DNA from: Gammaproteobacteria bacterium
Lineage (GTDB): Bacteria > Pseudomonadota > Gammaproteobacteria > Natronospirales > REEB76
DNA length: 64,000 bases
Reading direction: 5' to 3'
NCBI GenBank assembly: GCA_036263155.1
Contig: DATAHN010000110.1
Location: 520-64,519 of the forward strand
Part shown: one piece after another, positions 44,371 to 56,061 of the stretch
How positions within the stretch are numbered: position 1 is the stretch's first letter
Layout of the letters: every line of letters begins with the position of its first letter
Translations under genes and position numbers: made by a program
Notes under the pieces: model-generated
The model's database searches: none
Told to the model about the DNA's origin: nothing
Seen by the model: only the letters and a program-made list of their open reading frames with translations

Positions 44371-45141
44371 TCAGTGCCCTTCGTCCTGCATGCGCTGCAG
44401 GCGCTGGGTCGCGAGACCCGCGGCGCTGGTGTTGGGGAAGTCCTGCACCACGCTGTTGAGCGTCTGGCGCGCGCTCTGCCACTGCTGCAGCTCGTATTGG
44501 CAGTAGCCGACCTTGAGGGTGGCATCCGCCACCTTGTTGGACTTCGGGTACTGCTTCACCACCTTGCGGAAGGTGGCGAGGGCCGTCTCGAAGTCGCCGG
44601 TCTGGTAGTAGGCCTCACCGGTCCAGAACACCGCGTTCGGCTGTAGCGGGCTGTCCGGGTACTGCTTCTGGAACGCGCGGAAACCTTTGATGGCTTCGCT
44701 GAAGCGCCCCTGCTTCAGCAGGTTGAAGTCCTTCTGGTACACGGCGTCGTCGATGCCGCCGCCCGGCGTCGCCGCCGCGGTGGTGGCCGGCGGCGGCTCG
44801 AAGGTGGCGGCCGACGGCGCCTGGGTCGTGCTCAGGCCCTGCTCCAGCTTCTGCAGCCGCTTGTCCAGGTCCTGGTACAGGTCCCGCTGCTGCTTGGTGC
44901 TGAGATCGCTGGAATGCTGCAGGACCTCGATGTCGCCCTGCATCTGCTTCACCTGCTCCTGCAGCGTGTTGACGCGCTGGTCGAGGCCGATGCCCTGGTT
45001 CGCGGACTTCTGGTTGAGCTGGTCAAGCCGCTGCTCCAGCTGGCGCACCCGCACCGCGTACGGGTCGTCGTCCCGGACCTGGCACCCTGCGAGCAGGGTG
45101 CCGAGTCCGGCGGCGATGCAGAGGAGCCCTAAGCGTCTCAT
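44371..45141 (-). CDS. cpoB: Cell division coordinator CpoB (YbgF), Tol-Pal associated
   Basis: Signal/lipobox-like N-terminus, coiled coil, then TPR (YQTGDFETALATFRKVVKQYPKSNKVADATLKVG). Confidence 0.9.
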   Translation of the reverse strand: MRRLGLLCIAAGLGTLLAGCQVRDDDPYAVRVRQLEQRLDQLNQKSANQGIGLDQRVNTLQEQVKQMQGDIEVLQHSSDLSTKQQRDLYQDLDKRLQKLEQGLSTTQAPSAATFEPPPATTAAATPGGGIDDAVYQKDFNLLKQGRFSEAIKGFRAFQKQYPDSPLQPNAVFWTGEAYYQTGDFETALATFRKVVKQYPKSNKVADATLKVGYCQYELQQWQSARQTLNSVVQDFPNTSAAGLATQRLQRMQDEGH

Positions 45142-45656
45142 CTCAGGTACACGATGACCGCGCGGCGGTTCTTGGACCAGGAGGTCTCGTCGTGGCCGGA
45201 GTCGGAGGGATGTGCCTCACCGTAGCTCACGGTGGTGATCTGGTCGGCGCTCACGCCCTGGAACAGCATGAAGCGGCGCACGGCCTGGGCACGGCGATCA
45301 CCCAGCGCGATGTTGTACTCCACGGTGCCGCGCTCGTCGGTATAGCCCTCGATGCGGATCTTCTGGCTGGGATTGGCCACGAGATACTTGGCATGAGCCG
45401 TCAAGGTGTCCAGGTACTCCGGCTTCACGTCGCTCTTGTCGAAGTCGAAGTACACGATGCGCTGCGCCAGCGGGCTGTTCGGGTCGTCCAGCGGGCTGAC
45501 CTGGGGCGCGGTATTGACGGTGGTGGGAGCCGGGGCGACGGTGGTCGCGGCCGCGGGAGCGGCGGCGCCGGCATCGGTCGGCTTCACGTTCTTGGAGCAG
45601 GCCACGGCGCTGAGCGCCAGGACCGCGAGGATCAGGGCATTACGGAACATCTTCAT
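45138..45656 (-). CDS. pal: Peptidoglycan-associated lipoprotein Pal
   Basis: Lipobox AVAC. OmpA-like C-terminal domain (RIEGYTDERGTVEYNIALGDRRA). Confidence 0.95.
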   Translation of the reverse strand: MKMFRNALILAVLALSAVACSKNVKPTDAGAAAPAAATTVAPAPTTVNTAPQVSPLDDPNSPLAQRIVYFDFDKSDVKPEYLDTLTAHAKYLVANPSQKIRIEGYTDERGTVEYNIALGDRRAQAVRRFMLFQGVSADQITTVSYGEAHPSDSGHDETSWSKNRRAVIVYLR

Positions 45657-45704
45657 GGGAGACTCCTCTGGAGGTGCATAGATTAACCGCTTGGAGCCCC
45701 GGGG

Positions 45705-47012
45705 TCACTGCCCCGGAGCCAGGAAAGGCCCCCACGCGGGGGTATGGACGTCCACGCCGTTCTGGCGCTCGGACAGGCGCTCGCGCACCTGCCCGTCCAC
45801 CGAGACCATCTCGAGCACGCCGCGCTCGTTGTAGTCGGCCTCGAAGATGATCATGCTGCCGTTGGGCGCGAAGCTCGGCGACTTGTCCAGGTCGCCGTCG
45901 GTGAGGGTCTGGAGGGTGCCGCTCGCGAGGTCCATGACCGCGATGCGCAGGTGGCCCTCGACTCGGTGCACCATCACCAGCGACTTGCCGTCCGGCGAGA
46001 CATGGGGGTTGGCGTTGTAACTGCCGTCGAAGGTGATGCGCTGGGCATCGCCGCCCTGGGCGCTCACCTTGTAGATCTGCGGTCCGCCGCCGCGGTCGGA
46101 AGTGAAGTAGAGGTTGCTGCCATCCGGCGCCCAGGCGGGCTCGGTATCGGCCGCGTCCGAGGTGGTGATGCGCTTCATCTTGCGGGTCGCGAGGTCCATC
46201 ACGTAGACGTCGAGGTTGCCGGGTGTGGTGGAGAGCACCAGCGCCAGGGACTTGCCGTCCGGCGAGAACGCCGGCGCGCTGTTCACGCCGGTCTGCTTGG
46301 AGATGAGGGTGCGCTGGCCGGTGGCGAGGGTCTGCAGGTAGATCGCCGGCTGGATGTCCTCGAAGGACACGTAGGCAATCTTGCTGCCATCCGGCGACCA
46401 GGTGGGCGAGATCAGCGGCTGGCGCGCTTCCGGCACCACCGGCTGGGCGTTATAGCCATCCGCGTCCGCCACGATCAGCGAGTAGCGCTCGCCCGCCCCC
46501 ACTTCTACATAGGCGATGCGGGTGGTGAAGGCGCCGCGCTGGCCGGTGAGCTTCTGGTAGATGGAGTCGCTGATGAAATGCGCGGTGTAACGCAGGCGCG
46601 CGGCGCTGGTGGCCACGCTGTAGCCCATGATCTGCTGGTGGGTGTAGACGTTGAACACCTGGTACTCGACCGAGTAGCCGCCGCCCACGGCCTTGATGCG
46701 GCCGATGACGAGATTGTTGACCTTGATCACCTGCCAGTCGGCGAAGTTGATGGCCGAGGCCTGGGTCGGCTTGGACAGCATGTCCTTGGGGTCGATGGCG
46801 CGGAAGCGGCCGCTGCGGGTGAGGTCCGCGCCGATCACCTCCGCCATGTCCACCGGCGGCTGGCCCTGTCCGTCGAAGCCGAACGGCACCACCGCTACCG
46901 GCACGGCGGCATTTACGCCGCTGGTGATCTCGATCTCAAGGGTCGCTCGCGGCGCCACCATGGGCAGGGCCAACAGCACGAGAGCGAGGGATGTCAGGAA
47001 AGCTGCGCGCAT
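45705..47012 (-). CDS. tolB: Tol-Pal system beta-propeller protein TolB
   Basis: 435 aa. Signal peptide and repeated PxWSPDG blades. Confidence 0.95.
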   Translation of the reverse strand: MRAAFLTSLALVLLALPMVAPRATLEIEITSGVNAAVPVAVVPFGFDGQGQPPVDMAEVIGADLTRSGRFRAIDPKDMLSKPTQASAINFADWQVIKVNNLVIGRIKAVGGGYSVEYQVFNVYTHQQIMGYSVATSAARLRYTAHFISDSIYQKLTGQRGAFTTRIAYVEVGAGERYSLIVADADGYNAQPVVPEARQPLISPTWSPDGSKIAYVSFEDIQPAIYLQTLATGQRTLISKQTGVNSAPAFSPDGKSLALVLSTTPGNLDVYVMDLATRKMKRITTSDAADTEPAWAPDGSNLYFTSDRGGGPQIYKVSAQGGDAQRITFDGSYNANPHVSPDGKSLVMVHRVEGHLRIAVMDLASGTLQTLTDGDLDKSPSFAPNGSMIIFEADYNERGVLEMVSVDGQVRERLSERQNGVDVHTPAWGPFLAPGQ

Positions 47013-47024
47013 GTCGTATCCGGG

Positions 47025-47762
47025 TCAGTTTTTCTTATCGAAGATGAACTTAACGTTCTTGTCGAACAGCGAGGGGTCGGGCGGTGCCGGCAAGGGCGAG
47101 GCCCGGTACACGGCAGTGCGTATGGACTCGCGTACCGCATCATCACCGTTGCAATCGCCGAAGTTCACGTCAGTGACGGTGCCGCCCTGGACCTGGCTCA
47201 CCATGACCACGCAATTGAGATTATCAGGGGTGCTGGGGGGGCGAATCCAGTTATTAGTCACTTTTTGCTTTATCAAGGCGACATATTGTGAGGCCAGGGA
47301 GGCCAGGCGCGAGTTGCGTGCCCGTTCTTCGTTGGCGATCTCGGCCTGCAGCTGGGAACGGCGGGTCGCGGAGTCCCGGGTCTTCTTCTGCTGGCTCAGC
47401 TTCTCGTCCTCCGCCCTGAGCTTGGCCAGCCTGTCCGCCTGGGCCTTCATGTCGGCCGCCTGCTGGTTCATCTGCCGCTCGGCATTGGCTTGCTGCTGAC
47501 GCAGGTCCGTGATGTTCTGCTCCAGCTGCTGCCGCTCCTGCTGCTTCTTCTGCTGCTCGGCCTTGAGCATGGAGAGCTGCTGGTCGATGAGGTGCTGGTC
47601 CACCACCGTGGCCTTCACCGGCTCGGCCTCGGGCGAGTGGCCGCCCAGCTCCGGCACCACCGAGTTGCCCCAGCGGAAGCTCAACACCATGAACAGCACC
47701 AGGCCCGCATGCAGTAGCAGCGAATAGGCCCAGGGTTTGAGGCGATTAGGTTCGAGCTGCAT
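47025..47762 (-). CDS. tolA: TolA
   Basis: N-terminal TM anchor, long charged Q/E/K/A helical region, C-terminal domain. Position in the tol operon. Confidence 0.88.
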   Translation of the reverse strand: MQLEPNRLKPWAYSLLLHAGLVLFMVLSFRWGNSVVPELGGHSPEAEPVKATVVDQHLIDQQLSMLKAEQQKKQQERQQLEQNITDLRQQQANAERQMNQQAADMKAQADRLAKLRAEDEKLSQQKKTRDSATRRSQLQAEIANEERARNSRLASLASQYVALIKQKVTNNWIRPPSTPDNLNCVVMVSQVQGGTVTDVNFGDCNGDDAVRESIRTAVYRASPLPAPPDPSLFDKNVKFIFDKKN

Positions 47763-47764
47763 GG

Positions 47765-48214
47765 CTATTTGCGGTTGAACTGCACGACCGGCGCGTTGTC
47801 GGAGTCGCTCTCGAGGCCGACGCTCGGTGCACCGGCCGCCTGCAGCAGCACCATGCCCCGCAACACCTGCTCGTAGCGCGCGTTCTTGTCGCCGCGCACG
47901 ATGAGGTGCACGCTCGGGTTGAGTTTGAGTACCGCCGTCACCCGCGCCACCACCACGCTGGCATCGATGGGCTTGTCGGCAGGCGTGCCGATGTTGAGGT
48001 AGTACTGGCCGGCGGTGTCCACGGTCAGGATCACCGGCGTCTCGTCCGACTTGAGGTCGAGCGGCTTGGCGTTGGCGGCCGGCAGATCCACCTTGACGCC
48101 CTCCGAGAGCAGCGGCGCGGTGATCATGAAGATGACCAGCAGCACCAGCATCACGTCGATGTAGGGCACGACGTTGATCTCCCCCATCATGCGGCGCTTG
48201 TGCCGGCGTGTCAT
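47765..48214 (-). CDS. tolR: TolR (ExbD family)
   Basis: INVVPYIDVMLVLLVIFM motif. 149 aa. Confidence 0.93.
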   Translation of the reverse strand: MTRRHKRRMMGEINVVPYIDVMLVLLVIFMITAPLLSEGVKVDLPAANAKPLDLKSDETPVILTVDTAGQYYLNIGTPADKPIDASVVVARVTAVLKLNPSVHLIVRGDKNARYEQVLRGMVLLQAAGAPSVGLESDSDNAPVVQFNRK

Positions 48215-48900
48215 GCCTCGGCCTTCGTGCTGCGCCCGCCCGTGTGGCGCTGCAGGATGGTGGAGAACTCCTCCAGGAAGGTGTCGAAGCGCGTCTCCAG
48301 CCGCTCCACCTGGTTGGCGAAGCGGTTGTAGGCTATCACCGCCGGGATGGCGGCGAACAAGCCCATGGCGGTGGCGATCAGCGCCTCGGAGATGCCCGGC
48401 GCCACCATCGAGATGGTGGCGTGCTGCACGTTACCGAGGGCGTGGAACGCGTTCATGATGCCCCACACCGTGCCGAACAGGCCGATGTAGGGGCTGGTGG
48501 AGCCGACCGTGGCCAGGAACGCCAAGTTCTCCTCCAGCCGGTCCACCTCGCGGATCTGCGCCACGCGCATGGCGCGGCGCGCCCCCTCCACCACCTGGGC
48601 TGCCGCATCGATCTGCTTGCGCAGGCGCGCGAACTCGGCGAAACCGGCCTCGAAGATGCTCTCCATGCCGCTCTCGGCGCCGGTGCCGCTGATCTCCTTG
48701 TACATGCCAGCCAAGTCGCCGCCGGACCAGAAACGCTTCTCGAACTCCTCGGCCCTGCTGCGCGCCTCCCTCAGCATGCGGTGCTTGCGGAAGATCATCG
48801 CCCAGGATGCGAGCGACGCGCCTATCAGCAGCAAGAGCACCAGCTTCACCACCAGGGTGGCGTGCAAGGCTATCGCCAGGAAGGATTCTCCTCCGTTCAT
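48211..48900 (-). CDS. tolQ: TolQ (MotA/ExbB family)
   Basis: 229 aa from MNGGES. GSTSPYIGLFGTVWGIM motif. ATGA overlap with the ybgC stop. Trimmed from a 326-aa track ORF. Confidence 0.93.
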   Translation of the reverse strand: MNGGESFLAIALHATLVVKLVLLLLIGASLASWAMIFRKHRMLREARSRAEEFEKRFWSGGDLAGMYKEISGTGAESGMESIFEAGFAEFARLRKQIDAAAQVVEGARRAMRVAQIREVDRLEENLAFLATVGSTSPYIGLFGTVWGIMNAFHALGNVQHATISMVAPGISEALIATAMGLFAAIPAVIAYNRFANQVERLETRFDTFLEEFSTILQRHTGGRSTKAEA

Positions 48901-49361
48901 CCAGCTAACTCCCTCAGGATCTCCCGTGGCAGGGGCCTGGGCTTGAAAGTATCCGAATCGATGCAGGCGACCCTGATCTCGCCCGTGCAGAGCCCGGCGC
49001 CGCCGGGCCCGTGTATCTCCTGGTGGAACAGCAAGCTGGCACGCCCCGAGCGCCCGACCCGCACGCTCACCTCGAGCTCCTCGTTGAACCGCGCCGGCTT
49101 GCGGAAGCTCAACTGCGCATCCACCACCACGAACTGCACCGAGTGATGGTGCTTCAACACGTCCTGCTCGAACCCCAGGCTGCGCAGCCATTCGGTGCGC
49201 GCCCGCTCCATGAAGCGCAGGTAGTTGGCGTGGTATACCACGCCGCCGAGGTCGGTGTCCTCATAATAGACCCGCACCTTCCAGGTGAAACCGGCGTGGG
49301 TGGATTTTATGTCGCCTAGCCGGCTGGAAACGTGACCGGTCGCACGCTTTACACGCTCCAC
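48897..49361 (-). CDS. ybgC: Tol-Pal-associated acyl-CoA thioesterase YbgC (4HBT family)
   Basis: VRVYYEDTDLGGVVYHANYLRFMERAR hot-dog thioesterase motif. The exact start is uncertain. Confidence 0.88.
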   Translation of the reverse strand: MERVKRATGHVSSRLGDIKSTHAGFTWKVRVYYEDTDLGGVVYHANYLRFMERARTEWLRSLGFEQDVLKHHHSVQFVVVDAQLSFRKPARFNEELEVSVRVGRSGRASLLFHQEIHGPGGAGLCTGEIRVACIDSDTFKPRPLPREILRELAG

Positions 49362-49363
49362 AC

Positions 49364-50398
<1,035 letters not shown>

Positions 50399-50405
50399 GC
50401 GGTCC

Positions 50406-50993
50406 TCATCCGGTGCGCAGCGCGCCCTGCAGCGCGCGGCGGATGAACTCTTCGCTGCTCAGGCCGTCCTCCTTGATGGCGCGCAGCATCTGCGCCGCCT
50501 CCTGCGGCTTGTAGCCGAGCGAGACCAGCGCGCTCAGGGCCTCGTCCCGGGGGTGCGCGGAGACGCCGGCGGCGGCGGCGGCCCCGCCGATGTCGTCGAG
50601 GCGGTCGCGCATCTCCACCACCAGCCGCTCGGCGGTCTTCTTGCCGATGCCCGGCAGGCGCGTCAGCGCGGCGGTGTCGTTCTCCTGCACGCAGCGCACG
50701 AAGCCGTCCGCACTGATGCCGGAGAGGATGGTGAGCGCGAGCTTGGGGCCGACGCCGTTGACACGGATCAGGCTGCGAAAGAAGCGCCGCTCCGCCTCGC
50801 TGCCGAAGCCGAACAGCACGTGCGCGTCCTCGCGCACCGTGAGGTGGGTGTAGAGCGTGACCTCAGCGCCCGCCTCCGGCAGGTCGTAGAAGGTGGACAT
50901 GGGCGCCTCCACCTCGTAGCCGACGCCGTGCACGTCGACGAGCAGGTGCGGCGGCTGCTTGCGCAGCAGCGTGCCACGCAGGAAGCCGATCAT
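50406..50993 (-). CDS. ruvA: Holliday junction DNA-binding protein RuvA
   Basis: [19 protein letters not shown] and the HhH pair ([22 protein letters not shown]). Confidence 0.96.
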   Translation of the reverse strand: MIGFLRGTLLRKQPPHLLVDVHGVGYEVEAPMSTFYDLPEAGAEVTLYTHLTVREDAHVLFGFGSEAERRFFRSLIRVNGVGPKLALTILSGISADGFVRCVQENDTAALTRLPGIGKKTAERLVVEMRDRLDDIGGAAAAAGVSAHPRDEALSALVSLGYKPQEAAQMLRAIKEDGLSSEEFIRRALQGALRTG

Positions 50994-51502
50994 CGCCGGC
51001 TCCCGGCGCGTACCAGCGCCGCCAGCTCCGCCTTGAGGCCGCGGCTATGGGCGTGGCAGATGGCGATGGCGAGCGCATCGGCGCTGTCCGCCTGCAGCTC
51101 GCCCTTGAGGCCGAGCAGGACCCGCATCATGTGCTGCACCTGCTCCTTGCCGGCGCCGCCCTTGCCCACTACCGCCAGCTTCACCGCGCGCGGCGTGTAC
51201 TCGTGCAGCGGCACGCGCCGCACCAGCGTGCCGCAGATGGCGGCGGCGCGGGCCTGGCCCAGCTTCAGGGCGCTGTCCGCGTTCTTGTGCACGAAGGCGC
51301 GCTCCACCGCCACCTCGTCGGGGGAATACTGCTCGACGATCCCGGCCACGGCGAAGTAGATCTCCTCCAGCCGTTCCGGGAAGCTGCCACCGCCGGTGCG
51401 GATGTTGCCGCAGGCGACATAGCTGAGCTTCTGCCCCTCGCTCTCGATGATGCCGTAGCCGGTCGAGATGGAGCCGGGATCGATGCCGAGGATGCGCGGC
51501 AC
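50990..51502 (-). CDS. ruvC: Holliday junction resolvase RuvC
   Basis: [15 protein letters not shown]. 170 aa. Confidence 0.95.
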   Translation of the reverse strand: MPRILGIDPGSISTGYGIIESEGQKLSYVACGNIRTGGGSFPERLEEIYFAVAGIVEQYSPDEVAVERAFVHKNADSALKLGQARAAAICGTLVRRVPLHEYTPRAVKLAVVGKGGAGKEQVQHMMRVLLGLKGELQADSADALAIAICHAHSRGLKAELAALVRAGSRR

Positions 51503-51512
51503 GGGCGCCGGC

Positions 51513-52256
51513 TCATCCGGCCAAGGTCCGCAGGACCTCGTCGGGAAAATCGGCGTTGGAATAGACAGTCTGCACGTCGTCCAGGTTCTCGAGCGCCTCC
51601 AGGAGCTCCATCACGGACTCGGCGGCCTCGCCGACCACGGTCACGGAGGTGGACGCACGCAGCGTGATCTCGGCGGACTCCGGCTTGAGCCCCGCCTTCT
51701 CCATGGAGTCCTTCACCTTGAGGAAGTCGTCCGGGTCGGTCAGCACCTCGATGCTGCCGTCGTTCACCACGTCCTCGGCGCCTGCCTCGAGCGCGGCTTC
51801 CATGACCTTGTCCTCCCCGATGCTCCCGGGGAAAGCCAGCACGCCGCACTTGTTGAACAGGTAGCTCACGGAGCCGTCCGCGCCCAGATTGCCGCCGTGC
51901 TTGGTGAAGGCGTGGCGCACCTCGGCCACGGTACGGGTTCGGTTGTCGGACATGCAGTCCACGATGATGGCGACGCCGCCGGGGCCGTAGCCCTCGTAGC
52001 GTATGTCCTCGATAGCCGTACCTTCTTCACCACCGGCACCGCGCTTGATGGCGCGCTCGATGGTATCCCGGGTCATGTTGGCGGTGAGCGCCCGGTCGAT
52101 GGCGAGGCGCAGCCGCGGGTTGTTGGCGGGGTCCGGGTCGCCGCGCTTGGCCGCGGTGGTGATCTCACGGATGCAGCGCGTGAACAGCTTGCCGCGCTTG
52201 GCGTCCTGGACGCCCTTGCGGTGCTGGATGTTGGCCCATTTGCTATGCCCGGCCAT
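51513..52256 (-). CDS. yebC: YebC/PmpR-family transcriptional regulator
   Basis: [15 protein letters not shown]. 247 aa. Upstream of ruvC, as in many proteobacteria. Confidence 0.95.
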   Translation of the reverse strand: MAGHSKWANIQHRKGVQDAKRGKLFTRCIREITTAAKRGDPDPANNPRLRLAIDRALTANMTRDTIERAIKRGAGGEEGTAIEDIRYEGYGPGGVAIIVDCMSDNRTRTVAEVRHAFTKHGGNLGADGSVSYLFNKCGVLAFPGSIGEDKVMEAALEAGAEDVVNDGSIEVLTDPDDFLKVKDSMEKAGLKPESAEITLRASTSVTVVGEAAESVMELLEALENLDDVQTVYSNADFPDEVLRTLAG

Positions 52257-52274
52257 CGTCGGATCCCGTGCGCC

Positions 52275-52838
52275 TCAGAAGGTGAGAGACATGCCCACGA
52301 TGACGGAGCTGTCGAGCGTGATGTTATTGCTGCCGTTGAAGGCGGCCTGCACGTAGCGGTAGCCCACGTACACGTCGGCGGTGCGCAGGATCTGGTAGTT
52401 GCCGGTCACCCGCGCCTGCATGTAGCGGTCCACGCTCTGGAACGAGACGATGCTGGGAGCAAAGTACAGTTCGCCGCCGATGGCGAAGCGGTTGAAGGTG
52501 GGCCAGGTGTAACGGAAGTGGGCGCCGACGCCGAGCGCCTCGCCGTTGTCGATACCGCCCTTGGGGCTGAGGTAGAAAAACTTGCCGCCCACGCCGAAGA
52601 TCAGCGGCGAGCCCACCGGACTGGCATTGCCGACCAGGTCCAGGCTCGCGTCCAGCACGTCCACCTTGTCGGTGTGGTGCAGGTAGCCGAGGCCGGCCTC
52701 GAGGCCGGAATCGGTCAGGTTGGTGGTGAAGTCCACGGCCACGGCATTGCTGGCCAGGTTGAAGTCGAGGTTGGCGCCCTGGGCGGCGAAGGCCGCGGTG
52801 GCGAGGACCAGGAACAGGCCGGCATGGTGAAGCCTCAT
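52275..52838 (-). CDS. YfaZ-family outer membrane beta-barrel protein
   Basis: Signal peptide, alternating beta-strand pattern, terminal Phe. Blocks GGKFFY and VGYRYV resemble E. coli YfaZ as I recall it. Confidence 0.7.
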   Translation of the reverse strand: MRLHHAGLFLVLATAAFAAQGANLDFNLASNAVAVDFTTNLTDSGLEAGLGYLHHTDKVDVLDASLDLVGNASPVGSPLIFGVGGKFFYLSPKGGIDNGEALGVGAHFRYTWPTFNRFAIGGELYFAPSIVSFQSVDRYMQARVTGNYQILRTADVYVGYRYVQAAFNGSNNITLDSSVIVGMSLTF

Positions 52839-52921
52839 GGACGGGTCTCCCTTGGGAATTCCGGTGCAAAAGGCACCTATCTATATGATACCGTTAAACG
52901 CCGAACCTGACATCCGCGCAC

Positions 52922-55033
52922 TTGCGCCTTGCGACCATGCCTTCACGCTCCTCGCCCGGAAATCCCACGCTGCCCCCGCTGGAGCAATCCTTCGGGCCGG
53001 CCGCGACGGATGCGCGTGCGCAGGGCATCGGTGCGATCCTGCAGGCGCTGGAACTCGACCCCGTCATCGTGCACGCCGGCATGGCGGTACCGCTGGCGGA
53101 GACGGGCCTGCTCGATGCCGACAGCCTGGACACGCACATCGGTCCTGACGCGGCGCGGCTCGCGCGCGAGGTGCTGGCCCTGCCCGGCCTGGATGCGGTG
53201 GGCGGCCAGGAAGCGCCGCTCTCCTCCGTCCAGGCGGAGAACCTGCGCAAGCTGCTCTTGGCGGTGATCCGCGACGGCCGGGTGATGGTTATCCGCCTGG
53301 CGGAGCGGCTGTACGCCCTGCGGGAGGCCAAGGCCCTGCCGGCGGCGGAGCAGCGGCGCCTGGCCGCCGCCACCCGCGGCATCTACGCGCCCCTCGCCAA
53401 CCGCCTCGGCATCTGGCAGCTCAAGTGGGAGCTGGAGGACCTGGCGTTCCGCTATCTGGAGCCGCAGCACTACCGGGAGATCGCCTCCTGGCTCAAGGAG
53501 CGGCGCAGCGACCGGGAGGCTTACCTCGCCGCCGCTTCGGAGGAGCTCGCCGCCCGGCTGGCCGCCGCCGGCATCGCCGCCGAGGTGGTGGGCCGGCCCA
53601 AACACATCTACAGCATCTGGCGGAAGATGCAGCGCAAGGGCCTCTCCTTCGAGGACATGTACGACCTCAACGCGCTGCGCGTGCTGGTGGACGACGTGCC
53701 CGCCTGCTACGCCGCACTGGGCGCGGTGCACGGGCTGTGGCGCCACATCGCCCGGGAGTTCGACGACTACATCGCCGCCCCCAAGGACAACTTCTACCGC
53801 TCGCTGCACACCGCGGTGCTGGGCCCAGGCGGGCGCGCCCTGGAGATCCAGATCCGCACCCTCGACATGCACCGCCACGCCGAGTTCGGCGTGGCCTCCC
53901 ACTGGCGCTACAAGGAGGGCGTGCGCTACGACCCGGCCCTGGAGACCCGAATCGGCTGGATGCGCCAGCTCCTGGCGCCGGGGGCGGACGAGGACTTCAT
54001 CGAGCGCTTCCGTAGCGAACTCGTGGAGGAGCGGGTCTACGTGCTCACGCCGAGGGGCGACGTGTTCGACCTGCCAAGGGGCGCCACCGCCCTCGACTTC
54101 GCCTACTACGTGCACACCGACGTGGGCCATCGCTGCCGCGGCGCGCGCATCAACGGCCGCATGGCGCCCATCAGCCAGGTGCTGGCGGACGGCGACCAGG
54201 TGGACATCCAGACCGCCCGAAACGGCGAGCCGAGCCGCGACTGGCTCAACCCCCAGGCGGGTTACCTCAACACACCGCGCGCCCGCGACAAGTTGCGCGC
54301 GTTCTTCCGCCAGCAGGACCGCGGCCTCAACGTCAGCTACGGACGCGACAGCCTGGAGCGGGAGCTGGACCGGCTCGCACTGCGGGACTTCCGCCACGAC
54401 CGGTTGCTGAAGCATTTCCCCTTCGAGAGCCTGGAAGACCTGTTCGCGGCGCTCGGCGCGGGAGACCTCTCCCCTGCCCAGATCGCCGGCGCGATCCAGC
54501 GCGAGCTCGCGCAGGAGCGCCCGCCGGCACCGCCGCGCCCGGCGCGCGTACCGCGCGCGCGCAAGACGCATGGACCCGCGGTGGTGCTACCGGGCGTCGA
54601 AGGCGCGGTGCTGGTGTCGCTGGCGCGCTGCTGCTACCCGGTGCCGGGCGAGGCGATCCGCGGCTACATCACCCAGGGCCACGGCATCACCGTGCACCGC
54701 ATGAACTGCGCAAGCCTGGCGCGCCTCACGGTGCGCGCGCCGCAGCGACTCACGGACCTGCGCTGGGGAGCGGACACCGCCCAGGGCCATCCGGCGGAGG
54801 TGGAGCTGGAGGCACGCGACCGGCGCGGCCTGCTCAACGACGTGATGGCGCTGCTTGCGGATGAGCAGCTCAGGCTCATCACGCTGGACACCCAACCCGA
54901 TGCGGACGCAGGAATGTTACGCCTGCGACTCACCGTGAGCGTACCCGGGCTGCCGCAGCTCTCGCGGCTCCTGCAACGCCTGACGCAGATACCCGGCGTG
55001 CAGCATGCCGCACGGGTAGCGCAAGGGCGCTAA
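52922..55033 (+). CDS. relA: GTP pyrophosphokinase, RelA-type (p)ppGpp synthetase
   Basis: Synthetase core (PKHIYSIWRKMQRKG..YRSLHTAV..EIQIRT), TGS and ACT-like C-terminal domains. No intact HD motif seen in the N-terminal region. Start is TTG 52922 or ATG 52937. Confidence 0.9.
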   Translation: MRLATMPSRSSPGNPTLPPLEQSFGPAATDARAQGIGAILQALELDPVIVHAGMAVPLAETGLLDADSLDTHIGPDAARLAREVLALPGLDAVGGQEAPLSSVQAENLRKLLLAVIRDGRVMVIRLAERLYALREAKALPAAEQRRLAAATRGIYAPLANRLGIWQLKWELEDLAFRYLEPQHYREIASWLKERRSDREAYLAAASEELAARLAAAGIAAEVVGRPKHIYSIWRKMQRKGLSFEDMYDLNALRVLVDDVPACYAALGAVHGLWRHIAREFDDYIAAPKDNFYRSLHTAVLGPGGRALEIQIRTLDMHRHAEFGVASHWRYKEGVRYDPALETRIGWMRQLLAPGADEDFIERFRSELVEERVYVLTPRGDVFDLPRGATALDFAYYVHTDVGHRCRGARINGRMAPISQVLADGDQVDIQTARNGEPSRDWLNPQAGYLNTPRARDKLRAFFRQQDRGLNVSYGRDSLERELDRLALRDFRHDRLLKHFPFESLEDLFAALGAGDLSPAQIAGAIQRELAQERPPAPPRPARVPRARKTHGPAVVLPGVEGAVLVSLARCCYPVPGEAIRGYITQGHGITVHRMNCASLARLTVRAPQRLTDLRWGADTAQGHPAEVELEARDRRGLLNDVMALLADEQLRLITLDTQPDADAGMLRLRLTVSVPGLPQLSRLLQRLTQIPGVQHAARVAQGR

Positions 55034-55077
55034 ATTTCAAGATATCTTTAAGGTCGTGGCTGTAATACAGTCCGGCC

Positions 55078-56049
55078 ATGCGTTCCACCCGCAAGAGACG
55101 CCGCCCGGGCCGGGCCCCGCAGAAGCCGGCTCCGTCCAAGCTGGCCCGCCTGGGCCGCGTGGCGCTGTACACACTGTTCGGCTTGCTGCCGCTCACGGTG
55201 GCCTGGTTCATCGCACGCCAGTACCAGCACATCCGCGCCGCGCAGGTGCCTTCCATCGAGAACGTGCAGCTCATCCCCATCAAGCCGCCCTCCGCCGAGG
55301 CGCTCAAGAACATCTTCTCCAGCGAGGACTACGACTGGCCGCCGCAGGACACGGTGCCACCCTTCGCGGTGCAGGCACTGCCCTACGGACTGGACACGCT
55401 GGACAAGGCCGAGAAGAAGACGGTGTTCTACCGCGCGCTGCTGCCCATCGTGCTCGCCGAGAACTCCCGCATCTGGAACGAGCGGGTGTTCCTGCTGCAG
55501 CAGTTCGGCCTGGGCGCGGTGGACGTGCAGAGCGATGCCGGGCGCGAGGTGGCGCGCATCGCGGACCGCTACCGGGTGGACGGAGACCTCAACGAGCCCG
55601 CCACCCGCGACACGCTGCTGAGGCGCGTGGACGTGGTGCCGGTGACGCTGGTGCTGGCCCAGGCGGCGCAGGAGAGCGGCTGGGGAACCTCGCGCTTCGC
55701 GCTGGAGTCCAACAACCTGTTCGGCATCTGGACCTGGGACGAGGACGCGGGCTCGGTGCCCCTGAACCGCCGCACCGACGCCACCCACATGGTGCGGGTG
55801 TACCCGGACATCGAGACCTCGGTGCGGGCCTACCTGCACAACATCAACATCGGCTTCGCCTACACCGACTTCCGGGACCTGCGTGCCGACATGCGCTCTG
55901 CCGGCAAGCCGCTGGATCCCTTCGCCCTGGCCGGCACCCTGGACCGCTATTCCGCCGCGGGCGACATCTACGTGAATGACATCCGCCAGATGCTGCACAG
56001 CAACGAGCTGGACAAGCTCAGTGCGCTGACCCTCGATCCTATGAATTGA
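55078..56049 (+). CDS. Bax-like glucosaminidase-domain protein with an N-terminal membrane anchor
   Basis: AQAAQESGWGTSRFALESNNLFGIW glucosaminidase motif. Basic N-terminus plus one TM segment. Confidence 0.82.
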   Translation: MRSTRKRRRPGRAPQKPAPSKLARLGRVALYTLFGLLPLTVAWFIARQYQHIRAAQVPSIENVQLIPIKPPSAEALKNIFSSEDYDWPPQDTVPPFAVQALPYGLDTLDKAEKKTVFYRALLPIVLAENSRIWNERVFLLQQFGLGAVDVQSDAGREVARIADRYRVDGDLNEPATRDTLLRRVDVVPVTLVLAQAAQESGWGTSRFALESNNLFGIWTWDEDAGSVPLNRRTDATHMVRVYPDIETSVRAYLHNINIGFAYTDFRDLRADMRSAGKPLDPFALAGTLDRYSAAGDIYVNDIRQMLHSNELDKLSALTLDPMN

Positions 56050-56061
56050 TCTCGTTTCGGC

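Noticed and set aside
52922-53400. RelA N-terminal region as a possible functional hydrolase (SpoT-like bifunctional enzyme).
   Set aside because: I could not find the HD metal-binding motif in the N-terminal ~200 residues. This is consistent with a monofunctional RelA and not unusual.
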